Shown: positions 49,681 through 63,895, counted from the stretch's first letter. The stretch is DNA of 64,000 nt from Ophelia neglecta (GCA_965285935.1 OZ260662.1:3472001-3536000); one strand, 5' to 3'. Notes: generated by a model from the sequence alone, not told the origin. Program-made: numbers and translations.

Positions 49681-50354
49681 AAAAGGCAAGTGTAAGAATC
49701 AAAGTACATAATAAATTATGCTTTGTAGAATTTGCCAAGAAATAGGCCAAATGCCCATAAAAAATAAACCCATGTGCCCTTACCACAAGAATCCTATAGT
49801 AAATTTTAAATCATAAACTGTCAACATATGGAAGCCTTGCAAGCATATTTGGAAATGTCATTGTAAAAGGTACCTGTTTAATGAGGGCCGACAACAGTTT
49901 TTTTTTTCATAAAAATTATAGTCCGAGCCATTTTGACAGCGCAGCTATGGCTGCCATGCAAATTAATGTTCTTAAATATACTGTAATTATTATTTAGATG
50001 AATGCCTTGCTATTAAAGATTGCTTGAAACTGGCATGTAGCAAGTGGCACAGTATATAACTTGTAGAAATACAGGTTAATTCCCTCAAAAAAAAGGTCTG
50101 CATATAAACAGATTACTGAATTATTTCTTTAAGAAAAAAGTCAGTGGAAAGGAAAACTTTTAATTGTCTTTAAATAAATGCCTTTCTTGTATGGCCTAGA
50201 TAAGATATGACATTATGATCTGCTAAAATTGACAGAAACATAAGGTTGACAGCTTGTTTTTATGATCTTTTAATTGCTTATTTTAATAACTTAGTTGGCT
50301 ATTAGGGAGGATTTCTTACATTACCTAAGTCTTAAGTGTTATATTTAGCAATTT

Positions 50355-50464
50355 ATCAGGCAGGGGAGCTATCAGTACCTATTTTTACGTCTTAGGTTTG
50401 ACGCGATCGAGATTCGAACCCCGATCTCCCACTTGCGAGGCGGACGCCCTAACCACTCGGCCAC
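50355..50464 (-). mobile_element. tRNA-derived SINE (5' head plus Meta-like core), truncated
   Basis: The reverse strand reads GTGGCCGAGTGGTTAGGGCGTCCGCCTCGCAAGTGGGAGATCGGGGTTCGAATCTCG (A and B boxes), followed by GTCAAACCTAAGACGTAAAAATAGGTACTGATAGCTCCCCTGCC, which resembles the MetaSINE central domain. Confidence 0.75.
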
Positions 50465-50738
50465 GCTTTGGTGGTAACTCGTTTGCAATACCATTAGAAG
50501 CACTTTCAAAAAGAACATCTAAAAATATGCATCGTTAATTACGCCCATGGCCAACAACTAGTAAAACATCAGATGAAATATTCTTCCCAGACTTGTCTTC
50601 CGTGTCATAGTTTGACAGCATTCATTTACATGTTTGATCTCTTTTTTTCTGTTTTTACCATAGCATCTAGATCACTGTAATGTTAATGAACGACTAGGCG
50701 CCACAAACTTTAATACGATTTCTTTGTACTCCTTAGCA

Positions 50739-52664
50739 ATGAACAGCCTTTCATTGGCTGGTCGGATACTTGCTGGTTATTTGTGTAATACTTGATTATA
50801 CAAAAATGATAAAGTCGCTGACCAATTTGTACATCACTAATCAGAGCCTGATAGACGCAGTCATCGTGCTGATGTTACTTTTACATAATGTCTGTGCCGA
50901 CAATGGGCGATATTTTGGAGGGTTGGGCAGACGAACTGTATTGTATGTTATGGCTGACCCACGTCCCAATCTGGGCTTGTGTAGTTCTGTGGTCTATTGT
51001 TATTTAGACATTTGGGCTCACCCAGGTCACGTCTACTATACAGTATAACTCGTCGACAAACACGGACTCTCAAGGTAGATTCAATAGATGGTTTATTAGA
51101 CTCTCATCTTAAGTCACTTGGCAGAAGGCAGGCAGAGGTAGAAGTCGGTGGGTCAGTAGTAGCTTAGGTAGTTCGGTTCTCTTCTTCTCTTCGATCCCGT
51201 ACCGTACTGTCCTCGTACTGTAGGCGGGACAAAGTTACTAATTCTCTTTTCCGCTTATAAAGGGAGCTCTGGAATGTGGTGTACGTGACTATAGGCCACC
51301 CACGGCATTCCAGGCTCATCAAAGATTGTCAACTAAGTCGCCATACGGTCTGGGGCCTGGTGCCTGAATTGAGTCTGATCTATACTGTCCGGTGTCGATT
51401 TAGGTAAAGATATGATTCTAATTACCAAACGTTTTGGATCCGTCAAGTCTGTTATCCTCGCGCTAATAATTTATAGTTTTGTTTTTCTCCCTCTGCCTTT
51501 GTCCTGCCAAGTTCCTTTAATATTTACATTTATCAATTTATCAAAATTACAGATGATACGGGGTTCAGCCTCATGAAATGTCAACCATCCATATTATGTT
51601 AATTGATTTATAGTTTTGTTTTTCTCAACACAAAAGTAATTTTATATTAGTAGAGCAGTTAAACTGTCTGCTCCCCGGGTCTATTGATATCATGTGTCTC
51701 TCCCCGCATCATAAAATGTAATCTATATCCTTATCCAAGGTTATTCAAGTTTAAAGTGCTTAATGACAAATTACTCCCGTCTCCCAGTACACTAAGTACA
51801 TCGCTATAAACTCTACATATTTACTACTCCTCCCTCTCTCTCTATTTGGTTAAGTAAATAACTATACCTCTTACCTAACAATAATCATAATAACTTCAAA
51901 AATAATACTACTCCAATTCTGACATAGAGTAGTGGTTTTGGGCAATACTACACTTGCCTGGTCTCCTCATCCTACAATCTTGTTGCCATGAATTTGGAGA
52001 AATACGTCTCCATAGTTTACCCTATCTGGCACAAGAACTATTGGACCAGATTTAAGATGTTTATATCCGTGATGATTGCATGGAGCATGGGGTTTATTTA
52101 CCAAGCCGTTTCAAGATATCTACCACTGACATCATCGACGGAAAATGCTACATATTCCAGTTGTGGCCAAACAAGAGCACTAGAAGTGCCGTCGGCATTC
52201 TCACCATATTTATACATTATTTTATTCCTCTGACCCTCCTCTGTTTCTTTTACGCCAAGATAGCTTTCGTTCTGCAGAACAAAATAGGACAAGCTGATGA
52301 TAATGGTACCCAAGCTGGTACTGAGAGGGTCAACCAAGGACGGGGAAATATGATAGCAAGAGCTAAACGGAACGTGGTCAAAACCATGGCAATAGTAGCC
52401 TTTTGTTACGTCGGATGTTGGACATGTAATCAGGTTTTCTTCTTTCTGTTCAACCTTGGGGCAATTCTGCGTCATCATGGTCTTCTTCAACTGTGTATCA
52501 ACCCGTTTATTTACGCCGCTAAGTACAACGAGTTTTAGAGAGGCGTTCGTAAGCTGGTTCATAAGGTGAGCCGCGGAAGGCTTGGACAGATTACCGACCC
52601 CAGCATGTCTCAGACACATTCTTCTACACCACAAAGCGCCCTAAGGGAAGAAACAGATGACTAA
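50739..52664 (+). pseudogene. Class A GPCR pseudogene (galanin/allatostatin-receptor-like), split by a solo LTR
   Basis: Fragments TNLYITNQSLID, ELYCMLW..HVPIWA|CLVSSSYNLVAMNLEKYVSIVYPIWH, HYFIPL..LCFFYAKI, KRNVVKTMAIVAFCYVGCWTCNQ, CINPFIYAAKYNEF*. Frameshifts near 50930, 52110 and 52480, plus a premature stop. Confidence 0.85.
50980..51952 (-). mobile_element. Solo LTR (973 bp) with 4-bp target-site duplication CTTG
   Basis: cttg|TGTAGT...ACTACA|cttg. Removing it restores ATC TGG GCT TGC CTG GTC TCC (IWACLVS) of the GPCR. On the minus strand a TATA-like motif (about 51256) precedes AATAAA (about 51093). Confidence 0.85.
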
Positions 52665-52730
52665 ACTTAGACTTCTTTGTCTTCTTTGACTATTTGTATT
52701 CGTCCATGTTATCTTATCCCTTAGTCATTG

Positions 52731-53422
52731 TGCTCACGTTCTATATACATGTACCTCATGTTCTACGTCTACTTGTGTCTCACGTTCTATATACATGTAC
52801 CTCATGTTCTATGTCTACTAGTAGCACACGTTCTATATACATGTACCTCATGTTCTATGTCTAGTATCTCACGTTCTATATACATGTACCTCATGTTCTA
52901 TGTCTACTTGTGTCTCACGTTCTATATACATGTACCTCATGTTGTATGTCTACTAGTAGCTCACGTTCTAACAAACATATACCTCATGTTCTATGTCTAC
53001 TAGTAGCACACGTTCTATATACATGTACCTCATGTTCTATGTCTAGTATCTCACGTTCTATATACATGTACCTCATGTTCTATGTCTACTTGTGTCTCAC
53101 GTTCTATATACATGTACCTCATGTTCTATGTCTACTAGTAGCTCACGTTCTAACAAACATATACCTCATGTTCTATGTCTACTAGTAGCACACGTTCTAC
53201 ATACATATACCTCATGTTCTATGTCTACTAGTATCTCACGTTCTATATACATGTACCTCATGTTCTATGTCTACTAGTAGCTCACGTTCTATACACATGT
53301 GCCTCATTTCCTATGTCTACTAGTAGCTCACGTTTAATATACATGTACCTCATGTTCTATGTCTACTAGTAGCTCACGTTCTATATACATGTACCTCATG
53401 TTCTATGTCTACTAGTATCTCA
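52731..53422. repeat. ~43-47-bp tandem repeat
   Basis: About 15 copies of TCACGTTCTATATACATGTACCTCATGTTCTATGTCTACTAGTAGC-like units. Confidence 0.92.
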
Positions 53423-54575
53423 CACACTTTATCTATTAGTACTTATAATAGTTCTATTACTACTAGCAATTCATGATATCCATTATTTGGTTGTACTTTC
53501 ATTATAATAAATAAAGTCATGCTCTAATAAAATATTCAATACGCGTCACGTTCTATATTGATCACTATTGGACAGACAAGATTGAATTATAAATTGGTAA
53601 AAATAAATAAATAGCCTTCAAAAAACTCTTGGCCATTGATTAACGATTTAAAATTTAAAAAAAAATGTTGTATTGTGTTTTGTTAAAATAAGATACCACC
53701 CAATATGTGCGAATTTCTGCTAAACCATTATATAAAGCCAACAAAACTGTATCACTTCCATAGAGATATTTGTATTTTCGAAATTCTGGCATATCCAATA
53801 TCAACATGTACAACTGTTATGGCTAAGCTTGTTATAAAACAAACGGTAGTTTATCTGCTGTTGATATTTTACACCCTATAGCGGTGTGTAAGTTTACTGT
53901 TAGTTATTCACCATATAAATGAGAGCACTGACTAAGGATGAACAAAACAAAACCAAAACATGTCAATTAATAACCTTATTTATTCACAATAATTTGAAAA
54001 TAATTAATAATCAGTATCACAGTTTGGTAAAGCTCTATTCACCTAATTGATAATAGAGCCAGGCGCATGCGCCTTAGTAAAATACAAATAAGACCACATT
54101 AAAAAGATTGCTTGTAAACCAGTTTTTACAATCTAGTTATAAACTGACGAGTAGAGAAATCAACAATTTAATCGGAAGCTATGACTTAACGGATTCTTAC
54201 TCCATATTTATAGGGCGTTGCATATACGTTGATAAATGTTGTTTTATGTTGCCTATAAATATAAAACCATCCACATTTCTTTGAAAAGGAGAAAAGGTGG
54301 TGCCAGTGTTCGTGGAATAATACTGAGAGCGTCTTATAGCAGGATAAAGGCACAAGAGTAATATATTTATAAAACAGAGGATGTAAACCAGCAATGAAAT
54401 CAAGCTCGTGAAGATTTCCTGGTTCAAAGTAATCAATAACAACATGAGAATACAGTTCATTAAAAAAAAAAGAAAAATTATTATGTCTGATTCAATGAAG
54501 AAAGGCACATTCTATTAGATCCGCAGCTAACCACACCCTACTCTGAATTGCTGAGACTCTATATTTTGATAGTCC

Positions 54576-57500
54576 TCAGTGTGACGTCACAGCTTCGAAC
54601 TTCCAGTCTGCTTGTGTGCCTTGTTTTAGGCTGAAAACATAACAAATTAATAATTAAAAAGAGGTATAATAAGGTAACATTCAATGAAAGGCAATAAAAT
54701 AAATACTACAGAAAGAACAATGGTATTCTTTTGCAAATATTTTTATTCTTATGCTTCATAGATATATGTCATTTCAGGTGCCCTATATGTAGCTATGTTA
54801 ATTAGGCACTCAAGTCTATGCCACATTTGATTAATTCTAGTCTGAAATTTGAGTCACATTTGATATAAATATGTCATTTCGTTCAGCTTTCAAGGAAATA
54901 TGCATGCCTATAGTAATTAAACATAATGTGGTTGCTGTAGATATGCCCAAATAGCATTAAACTAGCTATGCATTCACCTATAATACCTTAAGGTCTATTA
55001 ATTGAAATACCCGAAGCAGAGATAGAATAAGGGCATGTGAAATGAGGTAAAAATGTTATACCGCCCCGGGAGTTATACACAGAAAACAATATTGCCTAGT
55101 TCTGATAATGGGTTGTTTAGGTGCAAATGTATATTGAAAACAGACATATCTACGTCAGCCATGTTTATTAACATTCCGAAAGAAAACACATTCTGAAAGC
55201 CTGAGAGGGCTCCAAATATAAACTTGTTTCACTACAATGAGTGACGTAATATCATGTGATCAACCAGTATTAAAATGAGCACTCTTTCTCTGAGCACCTG
55301 CATTGTTATCAAACCATCTTTCCAATCATAAATCACGTAGTGATATCTATGTACAATAACCAATAACTTCATGACACTTTACCCAAGTCAACAACGACGT
55401 CATGGCAGAAAATAACGACTGAGTCTAGATGGAGCACATTTTATATAAATTATTCATGTAAACTATAAAAGAAAACACAAAAAGCCTTTGAAAGAATGAC
55501 CAGGACGAACCCACCCATACTTTTACAATTCACAGGATATATTTAAAATTTGTGACCATGCACAACAATATCAAACCAATGAAAACGTGTGAATGGTAAA
55601 TTAAAATAGGATATACAAACATATATATAGATAGAACAACAATAAAGCAATGCACTAGGGTGAAAATAATAAAAAGGCGAGCAAAGCCAAACGATGAAAA
55701 GCGCGGGTAAGAAACATAGCTAAAGATGACACAGCTTTTTATCTAAAGCAAAACAGAGCACTGCTGATAGTATTGTACTCTATGACTATGGTGATTGATA
55801 AACAGCGGAGATGAGCACCATTATAGTAGTCCAGCATTTCTGAGGACATCGCCTTCCTCTGTGTAGACCTCGTCCGTGTCGTAGCGGTCAGCCAAACAGG
55901 GGACCAGCCTCAGGGGTTTCATCCAGGACACAGTGCCGGGGTGGGCTGAGTTATGTGTCCTGTTATCACACGTATCACCCCATGATATGAGGAAAACAAA
56001 TATGGACGATTACCAAAAAAATAGATATTTAAATGGATTAAACAGCTTGAGCGCTCTAAACTTACTAATGCGGTTTCTGGAACCTCGATTTGAGCCTAGA
56101 AAACCTTGGCAACAAGTTGCATATGATTCAGTACATCTTAGGTGCAAAATGATAGCAAAGAACTTCTGTTACTTGAGGGGGAGGGGGGTCAACGAAATTG
56201 CATAATTTCTGACTTAGCCAGTGTTGTTATAACCTTAACACGTTCAATGGGTACACTGATTATCGTGGTCTCAGCCAATAAGTAACAGGCTAACCAAATC
56301 CCTAACTTAAGACAGGTTCCACAGCCGGGCCCACACCATTGCAGCATTTTCTTTTGCAGGGTTGATAACAAAGGCTTTATAAACTCTAATGGCAGCTGTT
56401 TGAAAGCAACTCATTGCTGGAAGTGTGTTTGGTATTGTCGACGTCACTTGACAGAATAATCGAGGTTTTAATGCTTGTATACCATCTCGACATACTGGTC
56501 GGATGCCGGGAGATTTTCAAAAATAATCTTAAGGTATTTAAGCCAAATCACAAACAAACGCAAGTGTCTTACTGAAATAAGCACAAGCAATTACCATACG
56601 AGTTAGACATAAATAAATAAATAGGTAAAATATGTAAAAATATGTAAAACTATGCATTGGTAAAATAAGCAAGCTTTATTGGGGCAGATACATGAACCTT
56701 ATACTACTATATCTAAGCATGGATCAGAATAGACCCCAATCCGAAGAACGGACAGCTTCATCACTCTTCTCAATAACAGAAAACCATCTAGTTTAATTTG
56801 CAAAGATGTTCAAAGAAGAGAACGATTTTCTTTTAGCCTGACCATTCTAAAAGAGTATCAGTTAAGTTTAAACATGCTATTGAAACGGAATATTGACATA
56901 ATGAAAATGAAATTCGCTACTTGAAAACTAAATTCATAGAAATGGGAACGTGAGGATCGACAACTGAAATAAAATGTTTCAGAATGAAGCGGCTTAGGTA
57001 CTTAAATAGAACGATGTTTGAAAAGTCAGTTGTTTGGGGCAGAGAAGATAACAAATCAGCTTGAGAGCGAACTTTATTTCCATCCTCGATCATAAGCAGG
57101 GAAGGCAGTGAGTATGTGCAAACATATAGAACAAAAGAAAAATATCAAGAGTTAAGCGACCCATGCTGAAACGGGCAGAGTAAGAGAACCAACGTTCTAT
57201 CTATAGCCAAAGTTACTGGTCAGGAAGGCAATATTCCTTGAAGTCTCCGAACCAGATCTTATGAACATCTAGTACTTTGATGCTTGAAATAAAATCAAGT
57301 GCTTGTTTGACAGAGACAAGGTCACCATTTTATTATTGTAACAATTGTGTTGTTATATAATAATATACCATTAAATTGGTAATTGCTGCAATGGGTGCCA
57401 CTGCCACATAATGCTAGTAGTATTTGCACTAGCTGCAACTACTATACACTGTAAGTAGTACTTGCCTGCAGGTGACGCTGACGTCTGCAGTGCTGGCGAC

Positions 57501-60500
57501 AGAGAAGCACAGTTTCTTCTCAGTATCTGGGGTGTCAGTGAACAGCAGCACTAGGTAACGACCTGTAGGTAATGAAAATAATGTATTTCTATCTTTATTT
57601 ACAAATAAGACTGTATTATAGAACTGGGATTATACACCACCGTCCTAAAGGCAAATAGGAATACTCAGGAATAGTGCCAGGCTATCAGTCCATTAATCCT
57701 TAAAAATGAACCTGATATTTTTGGCGAAGCCTTAAGCTAGCCTGCTCCTCAGCTTTTGGTTTGGGGTCCAAAATATTATAAGCATGCCGATTCTAATTAA
57801 ATTTGATTACTATAACAAGTGAACAACCAAATATTTAGGAACATTTATTTGAAAGTAATCATGAATCCGTTGTAGTGTCATGCCAATGGGCCATGACCCC
57901 ACAACGGATTATTTTTATCCTTTTTTAATAGTTTTTTATTTTCTTAAGAAAACAAGGTGGTGAATCTATTTGCAATTTCTTTCTAAGTATTTTTACCTAT
58001 GACAACCCAGTTGAACACACATTTGAATATCAAGAAAATTGTTATAATCATCCAATTTCGGCAATTCTTTGACAATAAAATCATAATACCTGTTCTATTG
58101 CACACCCAAAAATAGACAGAAAACCCCCTATTGTTCTCATATTTGTTGTTTGTGAAAATCCTTTATATGAGTGAGCAACTAGTTTCACCGCATAGACTTC
58201 TTTGAAAAAAGCTATGGTGTGTGGGCATGTCCTTGTGGAATAACCCCTCAGCATGCCCTTATTGAATGACCCCTCAAAGTGAAAAAGTAATAAAAAAATA
58301 TATTCGTGATCTTCTATGATCACTCGTTATGCTAAATGAATTTCATAGTAATATTCGCTCTACTAAACTTTGACCCCTAAAAGCACAAAACTTGATCATG
58401 GAGCTGATGGGACGCCCTGTCTGATCTACTAATACATCCACTAGCCCAGTCGTACTTCCGGTAGTGTATGAAACACTCGATACAGTTATATCCACCGGAT
58501 CTAATTGTCAGACAAGTCAAGACAGAACAGGCAATAGATTTGCGAGACCACCAGAAGCTGGGTCATCAGCTGACAATTAATTGTATTTCATACCGCTTAC
58601 CTAGAACAAATCAGTTTTTTTCCTACTTACCGGGACGGAGCATGTAGTGTGAATCGACAGACTCGCCCACAACGAACACCTGTCTTCCATCAATGTCCAC
58701 AATAGCCTCGTTATAATGTTCGTATATGTAGTTTAAGTCAAGAGGCGGTGTAACGTCATCTGCTAACTGAATAAGACCACCAGGGGTCAACACAAAACAC
58801 TTTATTTAAGTTGTCATTGTCTAAAGCGCGTGGTCAAACTAAATATGACACAGTAACTCTTTGTCTCATATGGCCAATTCAGAAGCATGCAACTGGTATT
58901 CAACACTTTACTTATGTTGTCATTGTAGCACGAGGTTATACTAAATATGATGCGTTTACTATTGGTCTCTTATGGCGATTTCAGAGGCACGCTTCTAGTA
59001 TTTAAGCATTCACTATTCAATTGTGTCAAATACTTAGTAAAAGGCTTATTTGTTCAATGCAAATTGTTATTTGTTATGGTGGTGAGATCGAGTATGTCTT
59101 ACCTTGAATATTTTGTAGCCTAATGCCACTGTGGGCTCGCTATTCTCTTGGGTCAGGCACAATGACAGGGCAGAAGGGTCTGGGCCTGCCACAAAAACAA
59201 CTCATTGTAAGTGATATAAATTTTATACAAATTTACTATTGGAGTGCTGTGTATTGTTTGCGGGCAAGCTGGTGGTTGATGATATTTTCTGACAAATTCA
59301 ATGGATATTCCTGATAAGTGAATTTACTTTGTCTGACGGGTGTCCACTACCGATTTTTATGTATTTGATTTATTTTGCTGCTATGCACTCTTTTGAAAAA
59401 CATTCACATAAGGTTAGATATCGTCACATTTATCTTATCTCTTGGCTGACCGACTATCTTTATCAGAGCCATACCTGCATTGAGGCCTTACGTGACAGGT
59501 TTAATCATTCGTCGCCGTAGGAAGAAAGGGAAATGGTGCTGACCTACCTGTGACGTCTATGACGATCTGTGGGTTTGAGGCGAACGTATCGTTGCTGACT
59601 TGACCTCCTGCGTTCACCCCTGCCTTCCACTCCACAAAGTGTCTCTCCACGGAAACTGAAAGATAAGACCGGAATCGTGAACCATAGCAGAACAAGTCTT
59701 GAATTGCAACCGGCTGTTGTATTTTAGGTTAAATCTTATTAGCAAACACTATAGATTCGCGTCAATGGTCTTAAAGAACGTAGTACGTGAACAGTACATC
59801 AACAGGACAAGTTTGGTGGGAAGGGTAGCCAGGGACTGCGGTCGGGAAGGGGGTTCGAACTCTCAGTGAGTATACACAAAAGACCTCTCTATGCAGAAAT
59901 TCAGAGACGAATCTAACATGCAATAATTCCCTTGAACAATACCACAAATGTTGTTTCAGGAGCGAGCAGGCACAAGACATGGTTTACAGAAAATGTGCGC
60001 ATCATTTATACATGCTTTATACCAGGCATGCTTCGGCTATAACTATATTCCGATGCAAAATTGTCCACCATAGATATAAGCCAGGTACATGGCAGAACGT
60101 GAATCGTTACATGCGATTGTGTAAAATTGTGCAAGGTTGTTCATGATGACGTGTATTATATCTTACAGTGTCAATGTTTTAAAAAGAAACTAAAAACCAG
60201 CACTTGTCAGGCGAATCTGGTCGCACCCCTCACTTGTATAGCCTGCTGAGATTGCTAAACACTAATGTAATATCTGAATTGTACTGTTTGGCTCTGTATC
60301 TGTTAAAGGCAGAATAGGAACGAATGGAAATGTTTCGGGGAACATTCAATCTGAATATCCTACAGTTATGTATGTTATATCCAGCAGTATATATTTGTAT
60401 ACATAAATGTGTATTTTTATTTTATTTTTTTCAATTTTGAAACGTTCGTTACTCTGTGACAAAATTTGTTACCCGGTGGTGAAATTTCTTGAGGAATTAT

Positions 60501-63334
60501 GGTAAAAATTTCCTGCTCAACAAAATTTTGTTGGTAGACAGTTACTTTTGTCGATTGTCTCACATAACTACCTAACTGATGTTGGATATTCTTATTCTTA
60601 ACGTAGATTGTGGCAGGCTTACCCATGTCGTGTGTAGATCCCTCGTGCTCAAAGTTCTGTGGGATTTTCTGAATGAACATTCCGGCGGACCTCTCTTCTT
60701 CTCTGCGATGTGAATAAAATAATAAAATTAATATCATAGACCATAGGACTGTGTGGAGATTAAACACCTAATTCATATTATAACTTGTTTGTAACATGCT
60801 TAGGAGTTAGCTTATGTTTCTTGTGGACTCAATAAATATATACAAAATGATCCGTTCTGACACACACCTGTACACAAAAGGCATTTACATAAAGGTTTAT
60901 CGGGGATGACTAGAGTATGTACAAGGTTGGTGGTGGGAAACAATTAATGTAAGTGAACATTCGAGGACATAGCATGTGTCTAGTTAGTCAAACCAGCCTT
61001 AAGCTCTGGAATTGCGGATGGTTTGCAAGCCCTTATCACGCATTAACAGAGTAGGTCACTTCGTTATTCTACAAACGCTGACTTCTACAACTACATTACA
61101 TTCTTCGTTCTAGCAATAACATTGTTGTTTTTGTTCTTTCCCTAATGCTTATTTCTAATTTTCAACACTAGGCAGAACAGAAAACAGTAATTATCTAGCT
61201 CCGACTTATTCTTCGCATTTAAATGTACTCAAATAAAATTTAAAAGAAAAAGATGAATACTTGGCAAACATAAGGGACATACTGGGTAACTGAGAAAGAC
61301 CCTCATTATTTATTTTGTTACTAAATTTTTTCGGATCCCATTGGTAGAAAATTATAAACATGTCTCTGCAAAAGTTTGTGCATTTTATAAGGAGCGTGGT
61401 TGAACTGAAGCAAAAACTGCCACTATACTACTAGTAAGTATAAACAAAACTGCCACTATACTACTAGTAAGTATAAACAAAACCAATAAAGAAAAATAAC
61501 GTGTTGTTAGGAAAGCTACAACAGAAAAGGCGCTTATTTTGAAAAGAAAGCAGGGATTGCACTCAAAGTTGGTACATTATTAATACACACTTACTCATTC
61601 TCGGGGTAATACCTGCAGGAGGCAGTAAATTAAGCCATATTACTCTATATAAGCATGTGCACTCCCAAATTTGATAACTCAGTGAAACCTGGGAATTAGG
61701 GACAGCCTATCAACTAAGAAAGATTTCCTTTGATGTATGTCATAATGAAAAGTCGAATAGGACCGAGTTATTATGGTCTTGGTATTAACAATGTGTCTCT
61801 AATTCGATTGGCCATACATGGCAGGTTTTACTGTATTGAAGGTTCAGGGGACTGTGAGATTAATAAAAAAAACTACAGGGTTAACGGTAAGTATCATACC
61901 AAAACATTAAACTATATATCAATATGATAGTGAACATAGACAATATTCAAGAAGAGTATATTTGCATGTACAAATAATTGCTTACATATAATGTATGTGG
62001 GGGAGGGTTGTCCAAATATAGGAAAATTATATTTGATACCATAATAGAGGAAAGTCATATTTGATACCATAATGTAGGTAAGTTATGTTTGACACCATAA
62101 TACAATTAATGTAAAACGAAAAAGTGCAAAATTCGATTTGAGGACAGTGGCCTTATTAAGAGATTTGTGTAATAATAGTAGCCACGTCTTTCTACTAATG
62201 AAATGAACATTATTATAAGAAAAATATTAAATTATTATTACTTTTTTGAAACACGTATCACTACTTCTTGTTTTCTACTTACGCTGCCTGAAATAATTCT
62301 CTCGAAAAAATCCTGACAACAAATTGGTTTTCACTACCGGCCTCCATGGTGTGAGGGACCATCATATAAAACCCTGGCTCAAGCTTGTACCTAAAAGAAA
62401 AGGAAACCTACCAAGGTCAGTTCATTCCTCGATAAATACATACTACTTTGCTTACCATCGCAGAAGGAACGTTACTATTATTAAACGAGTGCAATAGTAC
62501 AGGCTATTTATGAAAGTCGTGTAAAGCAAAGCTTCAGTAAGAAATGGACAGCCGAACCTGACACATATTAACATAAAAGGTAGGCCTTGTCACGAACGTG
62601 GCCGATGAATAATCAAGCATCAACTATTCACAGGAGACTTAATTTTACCCACCAAAATATATTGTTCGGAATATACAACAATGCTAGTGCTGAACACCAC
62701 GATGAAACCATTATTTTGTTATGTCTAAAACGATATGTGGTTAAATCCAAATGTATGGACACAACTGTGATAACTACAGCTTTTCTCCACATTTTACATC
62801 AACGCAATAAAGTCGAGAAATGTATTGCAGTTAAAAATAGGAAATTAGAGAACTTTTATAATGCACGGAGAAACTTCTCCAACTTGTGGCCAGAGGATTG
62901 AGGTATAACTGCGATAAGTATTATTTTATTATGTACATATTATACTACAGCTTCTGTATCTAATTAGTGGAAATCCATGAGTAAAAAAAAACAAAAAACT
63001 ATTCACATATATCTGACAGACCAAGGTGTATACTGACCGAGACTTTTCCACCTATAATACATTGGTGGACAATGGGAAACCTCGTGGTCCTTTAAAGCCT
63101 ATTTCCAATGATGCAATGCGACCGTATGCAATGTGACTCGAGCAAAGTGTGATGACTTTCAACCCTCCGAGTAGTATCAAAGCCTACAAGTAGTACACGA
63201 GTTTACGTGTTGTGCTACGACAAGCATCGTATTTACCTATAGCAGTATGAGGGTCCTCCGTAGTAACTGGTGTAATTTGTCAGTTCTTCCAGTACCATCA
63301 TTTTACCGTTTTCTGTTTTCACCTCCCCAGACAT
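54576..63334 (-). CDS. 3' part of a calpain-like gene with two tandem domain III (C2-like/CBSW) modules; 5' end beyond the window
   Basis: Exons 63334-63237, 62390-62283 (RYKLEPGFYMMVPHTMEAGSENQFVVRIFS), 61612-61595, 60702-60623, 59655-59548 (EWKAGVNAGGQVSNDTFASNPQIVIDV), 59185-59103 (LCLTQ...ALGYKIFK), 58766-58631, 57562-57466 (PGRYLVLLFT...LCFSVAS; GC donor) are in consistent phase. The last exon is 54630-54576 or one of the alternatives. The protease core is not seen in this window. Confidence 0.78.
61680..61834. mobile_element. MITE (CAGTGAAACCTG ... CAGGTTTTACTGTA)
   Basis: Same termini family as 9631-9810. Confidence 0.55.
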
Positions 63335-63539
63335 CTAAAACGGGACCAGCTTAGATCATCCATGGGTCAAATATATTATTATATAACATGCATACAAACT
63401 GTTTTAGTATGCCATGGGACAATGAAAGTGATTCCAATGATTATTCGTATCTTCTTCCTGAGAAGGGCAATACTCTCTTCATTTACGAAATTTTAAACCT
63501 TAATTGATATTGTGGTGGTAACAAAACCCTGGCTATTTA

Positions 63540-63895
63540 ACCCCCCCCCCCAGGGGGGGGGGCACTCTGTATACTGAGGTTATTACATATGTGCCGCCGT
63601 TTCGACCCCCCTTTTTCGAGCTATGTAGAATTTCGACCCCCTGTTTTTTACCTACATGTAGAATTTCGACCCCTGTTTTTAGCATATGTACGACTTTTGA
63701 TTGAAATGTAGAATTTCGACCCCTATTTTTGGTTGAAATATAGAATTTTGACCCCTATATCTGGCTGAAATGTAGAATATCGACCCATGTTTTCAGCAAT
63801 TTTGTAGAGTTTGGGCCTGTGATTTGAAGACTGGGTGGCACATATGTACCAATTTCCAGACTAGGTGCCCCCCCCTCCCCCCCCCCCCCCCGGGA
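63540..63895. mobile_element. MITE-like element with G/C-tract ends and an internal ~33-bp repeat (TGTAGAATTTCGACCCC)
   Basis: GGGGGGGCAC ... GTGCCCCCCC inverted ends and about 7 internal units. Confidence 0.6.

Noticed and set aside
50395-50464. tRNA gene
   Set aside because: A and B boxes are present, but there is no proper acceptor stem and it runs into a SINE core sequence.
52728-53277. Hydrophobic Cys/Tyr-rich ORFs
   Set aside because: Translations of the ~45-bp tandem repeat.
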